Part shown: positions 10,143 to 19,171 of the stretch, piece after piece | Layout of the letters: every line of letters begins with the position of its first letter | How positions within the stretch are numbered: position 1 is the first letter of the stretch | IMG/VR virus record: IMGVR_UViG_3300028840_008160 | Coordinates: 62,001 to 126,000 of that record | DNA: 64,000 nucleotides | Direction: 5' to 3' (one strand) | The notes under the pieces: model-generated | Databases searched by the model: none | The model's input: only the letters and a program-made list of their open reading frames with translations | Told to the model about the DNA's origin: nothing | Program-made: the position numbers and the translations under genes

Positions 10143-10564
10143 TACATTTAGCTCAAATACAAGTTGAATTTGCAAAGAAAGCTGATTTGCAAAATGACGT
10201 TAAGAAAGCAGAAAAAGATGTGTCTGTTTTTCTTGGTGGCATGACTGAAGACAATGATTGGCGCAAAACAATTAAGAAAGAATTTAAAGATAAAATTCAA
10301 TTTTTAGACCCATATGATGATGATTGGGAGCCAACTGATAATATTTATGACGAGTGTTCTGCGATGCTGGCTGCTAATTATATCATTTTTTATAGAGGCG
10401 GCAAACTTTCAAAGAATGAACAAAATTTTCTGAAAGGATTAGGACGAAAATTCAAAATATTTGATGATTTATCATCATTAAAACGTTATTTGAAAGTTGT
10501 TGCGCAAATTAGCGATGAATATGATAAATTGGAGCAGTTGAACAAAAAGGAGGAAAAGTTATGA
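10139..10564 (+). CDS. Nucleoside 2-deoxyribosyltransferase-like protein with N-terminal leader (likely start ATG 10139, not 10124)
   Basis: SVFLGG....DWR...FLDP...W...E...M..A..IIFY....S..E pattern; ATGA overlap with the previous stop. Confidence 0.65.
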   Translation: MIHLAQIQVEFAKKADLQNDVKKAEKDVSVFLGGMTEDNDWRKTIKKEFKDKIQFLDPYDDDWEPTDNIYDECSAMLAANYIIFYRGGKLSKNEQNFLKGLGRKFKIFDDLSSLKRYLKVVAQISDEYDKLEQLNKKEEKL

Positions 10565-10992
10565 GAAAGACAGTGATGTTGTTTGGAGTGATTGTTTTGG
10601 CTATGGTTGCTTGTGTATTTGCTGAATCAACAGCAGTTGTTGACACGTTGACGACGACTGTTGATACATTGATTAATAAGACTAGCGATATAGTAGAAGC
10701 AATTGGTGGATTAAAAGCTGGTGATGTAACAATTTGGATTGTTATGGCTGCAGTAATTAAATTATTGATATCTTTGATGAAGTTTAAACCTGTAGCTAAA
10801 CTGCTTGATTCACCGAAGGCTAAAGCAATTAAGCCGTATATTGCATTAGTATTAGGCATAGCCGGAGGATTTATTACTAGTATGACTACAGGACAAAATC
10901 TTGTGACTAGTTTAATTGCCGGTGTTACTGCAGGATTAGGTGCAACTGGCTTACATGAAGTTACAAAGTCAATAAGGAAAAAGAATGGATGA
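10561..10992 (+). CDS. Holin-like membrane protein with signal-peptide-like N-terminus
   Basis: AGGAGG RBS; hydrophobic segments; holin-type C-terminal G..AGL.ATGLHE followed by a basic tail (KSIRKKNG). Confidence 0.6.
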   Translation: MRKTVMLFGVIVLAMVACVFAESTAVVDTLTTTVDTLINKTSDIVEAIGGLKAGDVTIWIVMAAVIKLLISLMKFKPVAKLLDSPKAKAIKPYIALVLGIAGGFITSMTTGQNLVTSLIAGVTAGLGATGLHEVTKSIRKKNG

Positions 10993-11395
10993 TAAGCCGA
11001 AGATTATTGCGGTTGATTTTGACGGCACGATTGTAAAGCCTGAAGATGATCCGCATTTATTAACTGATTTTACTCTTCAGCCATATGCTAAAGAAGTGCT
11101 CGCATGGATATACGAGCACTTCTTTTCTATATTATGGACGTGTCGAGAAGATGACGTATTACAAAATGCGCTTAATTTTCTCGATAGAAATGATATTAAG
11201 TTTCATGCAGTAAATGAGAATGCGCCATTTCTTGATTTTGAAACATCTGATAAAATATATGCTGATTTTTATGTTGATGATAGAGCAGGTATTGGCATTG
11301 ACTGGTTAGCCATTCAAAGTTATTTGAGAAAGAAATTTTTAAAGCCCATTAATTGCGAGAAGATTATTCGGCAAGTAATAATTGAGGTAAAATGA
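10985..11395 (+). CDS. HAD-superfamily phosphatase (capless, phage/BT0820-like)
   Basis: Motif I IAVDFDGTI; motif II ILWTCR; K in SDKIYAD; motif IV YVDDR. Confidence 0.85.
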   Translation: MDDKPKIIAVDFDGTIVKPEDDPHLLTDFTLQPYAKEVLAWIYEHFFSILWTCREDDVLQNALNFLDRNDIKFHAVNENAPFLDFETSDKIYADFYVDDRAGIGIDWLAIQSYLRKKFLKPINCEKIIRQVIIEVK

Positions 11396-14157
11396 TACGC
11401 TTTCAAAGTTATTCACCTGAAAAGAATGCAGTAGGTGTATCAAGAACTTCGCCTATATATTTCGAGATACGTAATGACGGGACAGTAGCTGACAAAACTA
11501 CGCTTAACGTGACGGTTGATGGAAATAATGTTATAGTTAATGGTGTGTTTCAAGCAGGTTATGCTGGAATAATTGACGATCATACTCGAGGATATAATGT
11601 TTACATAACACAAAACTTACCATTTGCACAAGGTTCTGATATTGTAGTTACGATAAATATTAACACTGAGTTTAACGATGTCTATTCGTTTACAATAATC
11701 ACATCTGATGTTACTGCTCCGGTGACAATTGCTAATCCCAGAGGCAGTACATATGCTTCTGCACAGGATGTACAATTATTGACTAATGAACCAGCTACGA
11801 CTTACTATACTATTAATGGATCACTACCTAGTACATCATCACTAGTGTATTCTGCGCCCATACCAATAACAGAAAACACTATATTACGATTTTTTAGTGA
11901 AGATTCTGATTCAAACACTGAATATATTCATACTGAAATGTATGTTATTGATATACAGGCGGTTGATACTAACGCGCCAATTACTACTCCAAATATTGCT
12001 GGTGGAACATATCATGTATTAAGTTCAATAATTTTGACAGCAGATGAACCGTCTACTATCTATTGGACGATAAATGGTCAAACTCCAACTGTTAATTCGT
12101 ATGATGGTAAAGACACATCGCCTGTAACAATTCAATTGCAACAAGGAACAACTGTTTTAAAGTTTTTTGCAGTTGATGATCATGGAAATGAAGAAACTGT
12201 AAAATCTGAAACGTATATAATTGATCCCAGAGAAAACAACATAGTTCCAAAAAATGTGTTTGTGAGCCATCCATATATCAAGAATACGGTTGATATTTGC
12301 TGGGATGACATGACGCCGATTGAATCTGATATTGTAGGGTATAATGTATATCGATCGCAAGTTGATGGTCAACAACTTATGGATTTAGTATCACATGATA
12401 CACTTACTTCTGAAGATGTATACACAAAAGAGCCAGGTACGTTTGTCAAAATTAATAACCAACTCATAACTGTGCCGTTTTATCGTGATCAACAATTAGA
12501 TAGAATCGTAACGCAAGAAGATGTGTCTGAACAATTTAAGTTTAAGACATTGGCTGATGCAGCAACTGATTTTAGTGGTCAAATTGTAAATGCTGACTAT
12601 TGGGAAGCTATTGATCCGGATCGATTGTTTAATCAGTCAGATGGTATTCATTTTACTGATGTTTATGGTGGAAGTAAAGAAGCTTATTTTCAATCAAAAT
12701 TCAGAATGCGTAATGATTTTGAGATTGAAACAGCATATGAACAAATTGTATGGCCGGTGACAGATAATATTCGTCAAGAAGAAATGGCCTTTATTATTGC
12801 TGTAAATCAGTATACGTGCATTGAATTATCACGTATTAGACGCGAAGCCTATGATTATTATGTAAGTAGATTAATAGTGAATTCGCAAGAAATAAGTAAA
12901 GTTGAAACACAGACGATGGATTCAAAAGGACAAATAAAAATTGTTCGTTATGATAGCAATGTTTCAACATATTATTATGATGGGATAAGCTGGGTATTGT
13001 TAGAATCATATTTAAGTTTTTCTCGAGATGATTTGCAAGTAAGATTTTATGCTGTAAGTGCAGATAAACCTATTGATGTATTGTTTTCGTATTTTCACAT
13101 TAATTCAGGTAATGCATATTTGCCGTTATTAAAAAATGTTGATGGTCAGTATTGTATTCAAACACAACATAAACCAATTATAGGAACAGATGATAAAGAA
13201 TATACTGATAGTATTAATGAAGTTGAAGTCATTATTGATGGCCAAGTTGCTTTAATTGATAGAGTTGATGGTTTAAAAGGAACAATCATTCTTAAGACAG
13301 AGCGAGAATTTGATTATGTATTGGACAAATGGATTGAACCTGTTATTCCAACGCCTGAGTCGATTGCGACCGTGACTTATAAGTATAGATTGGCAGAGCT
13401 TAAGTTAAATTTACGAAGATTTCCTCATTATAAAGTTACTGCTGTACTTAGTAATGGTAGCGAAACAAGATTGTCATGGTGTACGTCTGTAACATTACAA
13501 TCTGAGAAATTAGACTATATGTATCGAGAAGCTATTAGAAGAAATGCTTGGTTGTTAGATCAAGCTGGTGAACGTGTCTTGTTGTTTATTAAGAAAACAA
13601 CAGGTGAAAGATGTCAGTGTTATAGATTAAATCAACGAACTCATAAACAACCAAAAGTTGGCAGTTGTTTAGAGTGCTGGGGCACTGGATTTATTGGCGG
13701 TTATGTTGGTCCGTTTGAAATAAAGATTTCACCGTTTCAGGCTGAACAAAAAATTACAATGACAGATCGCGGAATGCATCTTGACAATGTTGAAGATACG
13801 TGGACGACAATAACACCAGTAATAACACAGCGTGATTTTATTGTTCGTAGGAACGGTCAAATATATGCAATAGGTCCTGCTGCTAGACCTGAAGTTAAAG
13901 GTGAACCTACTCAACAACATTTTTCTGTAGAACACGTTGATTCAACAGATATACGATATAAATTTGTACAGTCATTAAATTTGTATGGATATCAGGATAG
14001 AGTTGGATTGAGAAAGGGTACAGATCATTATACTGAAAATCCAATAATTACAGATGGTGAAGTGACTGAACATGACAGACAACGCACTGATAAAGGACCG
14101 ACCGTAACTAATGTTAAAAGAGGTCGAACAATAACATTTGAGAACACGCTTTACTAA
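11392..14157 (+). CDS. Head-closure/neck protein fused to surface-type Ig, chitobiase-C/Fn3-associated and FN3 domains
   Basis: C-terminal GERV...RCQC...CLECWGTGFIGGY zinc motif plus a beta-barrel typical of large myovirus neck proteins. N-terminal SP..NAVGVSR (SbsA-Ig-like), two APVT..P.G.TY...YYTINGS.P units and FN3 (GYNVYRS...YKVTAV). Confidence 0.65.
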   Translation: MIRFQSYSPEKNAVGVSRTSPIYFEIRNDGTVADKTTLNVTVDGNNVIVNGVFQAGYAGIIDDHTRGYNVYITQNLPFAQGSDIVVTININTEFNDVYSFTIITSDVTAPVTIANPRGSTYASAQDVQLLTNEPATTYYTINGSLPSTSSLVYSAPIPITENTILRFFSEDSDSNTEYIHTEMYVIDIQAVDTNAPITTPNIAGGTYHVLSSIILTADEPSTIYWTINGQTPTVNSYDGKDTSPVTIQLQQGTTVLKFFAVDDHGNEETVKSETYIIDPRENNIVPKNVFVSHPYIKNTVDICWDDMTPIESDIVGYNVYRSQVDGQQLMDLVSHDTLTSEDVYTKEPGTFVKINNQLITVPFYRDQQLDRIVTQEDVSEQFKFKTLADAATDFSGQIVNADYWEAIDPDRLFNQSDGIHFTDVYGGSKEAYFQSKFRMRNDFEIETAYEQIVWPVTDNIRQEEMAFIIAVNQYTCIELSRIRREAYDYYVSRLIVNSQEISKVETQTMDSKGQIKIVRYDSNVSTYYYDGISWVLLESYLSFSRDDLQVRFYAVSADKPIDVLFSYFHINSGNAYLPLLKNVDGQYCIQTQHKPIIGTDDKEYTDSINEVEVIIDGQVALIDRVDGLKGTIILKTEREFDYVLDKWIEPVIPTPESIATVTYKYRLAELKLNLRRFPHYKVTAVLSNGSETRLSWCTSVTLQSEKLDYMYREAIRRNAWLLDQAGERVLLFIKKTTGERCQCYRLNQRTHKQPKVGSCLECWGTGFIGGYVGPFEIKISPFQAEQKITMTDRGMHLDNVEDTWTTITPVITQRDFIVRRNGQIYAIGPAARPEVKGEPTQQHFSVEHVDSTDIRYKFVQSLNLYGYQDRVGLRKGTDHYTENPIITDGEVTEHDRQRTDKGPTVTNVKRGRTITFENTLY

Positions 14158-14194
14158 ATGTTGATAAGTTCTGTAATAAAAAAAGGAGAATCCT

Positions 14195-14677
14195 ATGTCT
14201 TATGTTCAAACAGCTGAAGCAAAAATGAGACAGCAAGAACATGATGATAGAGAAAGATTATTTGACGATCATGATGGTTTTATGTATACGGCTGCATCAT
14301 TTATTAGCGGGAATTATACTATAGATCAAGATGATGCACGAGACATAATGAAGTATTTGCATTTGGATTTAGTAAAAGTATTAGATATATTTCCTAAGAA
14401 TAAAATAGATGAAAATGGCGATATAATCAACATTGTAATGAATGTCGGTGACACTATACAAGCACAGGCTGTTCTTCTTTATAGAGATAGTGATCATATA
14501 GATAAGGATGTAACGGGATATGCCGATTGCGAATGGATTACAGATCCATCGCCGACGACGTTTTTGACAGTGTCTCAAGGTTTGATTACTGCCACTTTAA
14601 CAAGTACTGCTGATGTTGAAGTATATGCTAAAATTGGAGATTTTGAATCGCAAAGAATTAGGATAGAGGTGGCATAA
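14195..14677 (+). CDS. Virion protein with C-terminal Ig-like (Big_2-type) domain
   Basis: AAAGGAG RBS; VGDTIQ.QA...DVT...W.......TVSQGLITA pattern. Confidence 0.55.
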   Translation: MSYVQTAEAKMRQQEHDDRERLFDDHDGFMYTAASFISGNYTIDQDDARDIMKYLHLDLVKVLDIFPKNKIDENGDIINIVMNVGDTIQAQAVLLYRDSDHIDKDVTGYADCEWITDPSPTTFLTVSQGLITATLTSTADVEVYAKIGDFESQRIRIEVA

Positions 14678-15096
14678 TGTATGATAATGGCGTATCAATT
14701 GCTCCAACTAGACGTTTAGGTCAACCGAGAACAAGCATAAATGATCAAGGTCATTTACCATTAGGATCAAAGATTGCAAATGTCAGTCAGAAGTTTAATG
14801 ATGATACAGAAATAACTACAACTAGAACAGTGCATGTTCAAGATCCAGTAGCAAGAAACGAAAACTATATTGATGATCAGCGATTGACACCTGAGTCTAG
14901 AGATTTAGTTGGTAAAAAAGCACCGAATATGCCGACAACTGAATTTGATCAGTCAATTATGAATACTTTTAATGCTAAAACAAATGAAAATATGACATTA
15001 AATGAAGTTAAAGAACGTAAATTATCGTGTTATAATTTGGTTTCATTTCCGTTTACACAAGCAAAACCATTTGAATTGCCATCATGCCAAAGCTAA
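14677..15096 (+). CDS. Hypothetical protein
   Basis: GAGGTGG RBS and TAATG coupling; 139 aa. Confidence 0.55.
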   Translation: MYDNGVSIAPTRRLGQPRTSINDQGHLPLGSKIANVSQKFNDDTEITTTRTVHVQDPVARNENYIDDQRLTPESRDLVGKKAPNMPTTEFDQSIMNTFNAKTNENMTLNEVKERKLSCYNLVSFPFTQAKPFELPSCQS

Positions 15097-15347
15097 GTGT
15101 TAGACGGTTACCATTACGATTTGAGATTGAACAGTCACATAAAGTGAAAATTCATGAAATGCGACGAAAAGCAAAATATGATGTTGCGTTAACATTAGGA
15201 TTACCAATAGAACATAGATTAGTTAATCTAGTTTATGACGCATCGCAAAAACGCGTAAAGATTCTATTAACTAATGATGATGAACTTTTGAAATATAGAC
15301 AAATGCTTAACAACAAATTTCATATAGAGGTTCGTGAATGCAATTAA
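15084..15347 (+). CDS. Hypothetical basic protein
   Basis: 87-aa ORF overlapping both neighbours slightly. Confidence 0.5.
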   Translation: MPKLSVRRLPLRFEIEQSHKVKIHEMRRKAKYDVALTLGLPIEHRLVNLVYDASQKRVKILLTNDDELLKYRQMLNNKFHIEVRECN

Positions 15348-15790
15348 AAATGCGATATCTACATTTCAACTCGTCTGCATTACGAGAAGCTAGAGGTCGC
15401 ATTATTGATGAAACTGCACGTAAAGGTGTTCAAATTTTTAGACAAGAAATAAGAAGAAGAAGGCTTATTAATACAGGTCATATGTTAGATAGTGTTGGTG
15501 CAACAATTAAACGAAATAGTGTAACATTTGACATAAATGCTGATTATGCTGGTATAATAAACGATGGTGTTCGTCGACATAAAATGAGATATTTAGTTGA
15601 TGCAGGACCAATTCCATTAGTTACTAGACGTGGTCGTAAGATTTTTAGAGTTGCAACGCCTTCAAATATAAGAGAACGAGATCGATGGTTACATCCGGGA
15701 TTCAAACGTGGCAAGGGATTCTTTGATAAAAGTGCAGATAAAATTGAAGCTGTTGCAAAAGAGCTTATAATAGATGAAGGTATAATATGA
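15338..15790 (+). CDS. HK97 gp10-like / virion morphogenesis (tail completion) protein
   Basis: Basic protein with NTGHMLDSV (TGxLxxS), YAGIINDG and HPG...FF motifs; neck-region position. Confidence 0.65.
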   Translation: MQLKMRYLHFNSSALREARGRIIDETARKGVQIFRQEIRRRRLINTGHMLDSVGATIKRNSVTFDINADYAGIINDGVRRHKMRYLVDAGPIPLVTRRGRKIFRVATPSNIRERDRWLHPGFKRGKGFFDKSADKIEAVAKELIIDEGII

Positions 15791-15805
15791 ACAATTTAAC
15801 GATTA

Positions 15806-16525
15806 ATGAAGGTATATATGAATGTGCAACTTAATAATGGTCAACTTGGTGATAGAATATGGCATCAGCATACTAGGGCTTTAATGCCAGAGTATGTACG
15901 AGTTATTGGTCGTGTTATCGGCAAAGTTTTTATTCGTGATATCGCTAAAGAAGTTAGATACAATCAAGTTGTTGATATTTTGATAACTGATGCTAAACGA
16001 TCTGATGACTTGGTTAGAGCAATTTCTCAAAAATGGGTTGACATAGTTTACGGAAAAGAATTTTTAGACAAAAAGAAATATTCATCAGAGATTCTACGTC
16101 AACCGTCACAGACGCAATTTGTAACCAATAACGCTAGACAGACTGTTGATTTAAGTGAAGTTAAAGTTTTAGCATCTCAAATTGCACAAGATGCTGCAAA
16201 TAGATCAGTAATGTCAATTAGAGAGTCATTGGATGAATTACAAGAATCAATTAAGAATTCAAAAAGTTCATCAATTGATGTTGACCAAGTTATAAAAGAG
16301 TTGACGACTAAATTGCCACAACAAGCACAAGTCAATGAAAAATCTAAATTTGATGATGAAATTGCTAATAACGTATTTATTAATCTTGACGAACAGAAAG
16401 AGCTAAAAACAAATATACAACAAGACGGTTTGGGGACTGTTACGAAGCGCAAAGGTAAGAAAGCCAAGATGACAATTAAACGATTAAAACATATTAACAA
16501 AGGAGATGGTAATGGAAATGTCTAG
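15806..16525 (+). CDS. Coiled-coil protein, candidate partner of the downstream actin
   Basis: Small N-terminal alpha/beta domain, central coiled coil, basic C-terminal helix; overlaps the start of the actin gene. Confidence 0.6.
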   Translation: MKVYMNVQLNNGQLGDRIWHQHTRALMPEYVRVIGRVIGKVFIRDIAKEVRYNQVVDILITDAKRSDDLVRAISQKWVDIVYGKEFLDKKKYSSEILRQPSQTQFVTNNARQTVDLSEVKVLASQIAQDAANRSVMSIRESLDELQESIKNSKSSSIDVDQVIKELTTKLPQQAQVNEKSKFDDEIANNVFINLDEQKELKTNIQQDGLGTVTKRKGKKAKMTIKRLKHINKGDGNGNV

Positions 16526-17660
16526 CCCTAAGAAAATTCGACGGCATCGATCACGTGAGGAGAAGCGTCAACTTCGTGAAGATACTAATGAAGAGACCCA
16601 AGATACTCAAAAAGTTCAGACACAAGAGGAAGAAAAAGTAGTGAAGGCAAAAGTTAAACGTAGATTTGGTGTAGGTTTAGATATAGGAACATCATTTATT
16701 AATAGAGCGACTATTGATGATGATGACGATATTGATATCAGAACGCAACGAGATGCATTTTTTGATATCGAAAATGATAAATTTGCAAGGAATATGTTGA
16801 CGACAAATAATGCAAATTATATCGTATCTGACGATTCAAAATTATTATATGTAATTGGTCAGGAAGCAATCAATTTCGCTAATGTATTCAAGCGTGAAGT
16901 TCGTAGGCCTCTGCATAAAGGTGTGATTAGTACAAGGGAACCCGAAGCATTATTGATGATTAAGACAATCATTACTAATATATTAGGTAAACCTGTAACA
17001 GAAAATGAAGTTTGTCAATTTTCAGTGCCGGCTGAGCCTATTGATGCAGATTACAATATCATATATCATAGAAACATTTTACAATCGTTTGTCGAATCTG
17101 CTGGATATAAAGCAGTACCGATCAATGAGGCTAGAGCTGTTTGTTATTCAGAATTAGATGACGACGGATTTACTGGTCTTGCTATTAGTTTTGGTGCTGG
17201 TATGGTGAATGTGTCATTAACATATATGGGTGCAGGATCAATTGAGTTTAGTTTGTCAAGAGCAGGTGATTGGATTGATGAGAATGCAGCAAAAGCTATT
17301 GGTGAGAGAGCAACAAAAATGGTTGCTGTAAAAGAAGCTGGTCTTGATTTATTGAAACCAAAAGATAGATATGAAGAGTCAATCAGCATCTTTTATCGTA
17401 ATTTTATAGCATATGTCGTAAAAAAGTTTGAACAGAAATTGTCGCAAACTGAAGATATTCCAGAATTTCCTGAACCTATTACTATTATTTTGGCAGGTGG
17501 AACGTCACTTGTGAAATCATTTGATGTTGTGTTTAAGCAAGAAATTGATAAGATTAAGTTACCGTTTAGAATCAAAGAAATCAAACTAGCTGAAGATCAA
17601 TTATTTGCTGTTGCAAAAGGTTGTCTATATTCTGCATTGTCTGAATACGAAGATGAATAA
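16512..17660 (+). CDS. Actin-fold ATPase, volactin-like family (start 16506/16512/16518 uncertain)
   Basis: Phosphate-1 GLDIGTS, connect-1 PINEARAV, phosphate-2 ISFGAGMVNV, AGDWID, adenosine ILAGGTS, connect-2 AVAKGC. AGGAG at 16501-16505 favours ATG 16512. Confidence 0.88.
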   Translation: MEMSSPKKIRRHRSREEKRQLREDTNEETQDTQKVQTQEEEKVVKAKVKRRFGVGLDIGTSFINRATIDDDDDIDIRTQRDAFFDIENDKFARNMLTTNNANYIVSDDSKLLYVIGQEAINFANVFKREVRRPLHKGVISTREPEALLMIKTIITNILGKPVTENEVCQFSVPAEPIDADYNIIYHRNILQSFVESAGYKAVPINEARAVCYSELDDDGFTGLAISFGAGMVNVSLTYMGAGSIEFSLSRAGDWIDENAAKAIGERATKMVAVKEAGLDLLKPKDRYEESISIFYRNFIAYVVKKFEQKLSQTEDIPEFPEPITIILAGGTSLVKSFDVVFKQEIDKIKLPFRIKEIKLAEDQLFAVAKGCLYSALSEYEDE

Positions 17661-17671
17661 AGGAGGAAACT

Positions 17672-17950
17672 ATGTCGAATTCAGAGAACAAGATTGTTAG
17701 TAAAATTGTAAAAGAAGCTAACATTGGAATAAAGAAACAAGCGAAATTGTTTAATCGCGATGATATCGTGACACTTGTCGACCAAGTACAAGGATTAAAT
17801 AAAGGAACGAATTACAAAGTTATTGATAATTCAAATCCTGGGTATATTACGATTGCTACATTTGATCCGTCTGATAGTGATGATACTATTGGGGAAAGAA
17901 TTGGTGAATTTAGAACTGATAGATTCGTCCATGTCAACGATGTGTACTAA
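17672..17950 (+). CDS. Small hypothetical protein (SH3-like beta pattern after a helical leader)
   Basis: AAGGAGG RBS; 92 aa. Confidence 0.6.
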   Translation: MSNSENKIVSKIVKEANIGIKKQAKLFNRDDIVTLVDQVQGLNKGTNYKVIDNSNPGYITIATFDPSDSDDTIGERIGEFRTDRFVHVNDVY

Positions 17951-17958
17951 GGTTAATA

Positions 17959-19164
17959 ATGTTTTACAGAATAACAAATGTTGTTAAAAAAATTATCATT
18001 CAAGAGTTACAAGAGCTCTTTAAGGATCATCCTGTTTTTAGTGATGAATTAGTTATCACTAATAAGTATTCATTTGAAGAACGTCCAAAATATGCTATAA
18101 TTGTTAAAACAGCATCTGCTAAATCACAAAAACTGTCATTAGATAATTATAAGGGAATTGTTCAATCATATGTTACTTTAGCTAATTTAAAGAACACTCC
18201 TGGTCGCATGATAGAATGGGTTAGAGAAGATGTAGCAAACATAAGTAATGTAGTTAAGCCCGGATTTTATGTTGTTGAAATGGTAGAAGATGATCAATTT
18301 ACAGTGTCTGCTTATCTTACTGTTGCTGATGAAGTGTTAACGATTGAGACGAATGGTTTTGAACATGCTTTTTTACAACATCAAAACATTAATCCTAACA
18401 GTGAATTAGTTTTGACAGAAACTGGTCGAAGATTACAACCTAACGAGCATTATACGATTGATAATAGCACGGGTGAAATTACTTTTTTGCAACCAACAGA
18501 AGATTATGAAACTATTTCTGTTGATTATCAATACATTGGTAATGTTACTGGACCGTTTACTGTTCAACCAGAAACAGTTGATCAATTGGCAATACCAGGT
18601 GTTGTTTTAGCATTTGGTAATTTTTTAAAGAAGGGTGGTTTACAAGTAGTAGTTGTGTATCCTGACAGACAAGAAGTAGCAAAATCATATTTAGGCAAAT
18701 GGAATATGACATTAAGTTTGGGTGCGGTTGCTCAAGACACTGATACACAAGAACAATTGATAGATTTAGCATCTATGTATATATGGTCTGTATTACAAGA
18801 AAAATTAGTTAATGATGGTATATATGTGTCAGAATTTAATATTGGTGGTGAATCTGAAGATGATGAAGTGAAGAGTGCTAATGAATTATCGTATATGGGT
18901 GATTTATCGTTTAATGTTGATGTTGAATGGGAAGCTTTTCAACCAATTCTCGGTGTAATTAAGAACGTGTTTCTTAATCGTGTCGAAGATTTTGGACAAT
19001 ATGATGATGCAGAACATGAAATTAGAAGTAAACGACCGTTTAATATATCGCAAAGAGGAGTTGACTACATGACAGGTTTACAACCTGTTGAAAATTTAGA
19101 TCCTTTCCTGATAAGACCTCTTCCAAAATATACTCTGGTGCAATCAAGCACGCACGTTGGGTAG
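17959..19164 (+). CDS. Putative tail terminator/completion protein with inserted beta domain
   Basis: Alpha/beta pattern (IIQELQELF...ERP.YAIIVK...W.MTLSL.AVAQD...EQLID); last neck-type gene before the fibre and sheath. Confidence 0.55.
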   Translation: MFYRITNVVKKIIIQELQELFKDHPVFSDELVITNKYSFEERPKYAIIVKTASAKSQKLSLDNYKGIVQSYVTLANLKNTPGRMIEWVREDVANISNVVKPGFYVVEMVEDDQFTVSAYLTVADEVLTIETNGFEHAFLQHQNINPNSELVLTETGRRLQPNEHYTIDNSTGEITFLQPTEDYETISVDYQYIGNVTGPFTVQPETVDQLAIPGVVLAFGNFLKKGGLQVVVVYPDRQEVAKSYLGKWNMTLSLGAVAQDTDTQEQLIDLASMYIWSVLQEKLVNDGIYVSEFNIGGESEDDEVKSANELSYMGDLSFNVDVEWEAFQPILGVIKNVFLNRVEDFGQYDDAEHEIRSKRPFNISQRGVDYMTGLQPVENLDPFLIRPLPKYTLVQSSTHVG

Positions 19165-19171
19165 AAAAATT

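Noticed and set aside
16506-17660. Calling the actin-fold gene mreB, ftsA or dnaK
   Set aside because: No mreC/mreD or ftsZ context, no Hsp70 substrate domain, and the phosphate-2 motif is SFGAG rather than D(I/L)GGG.
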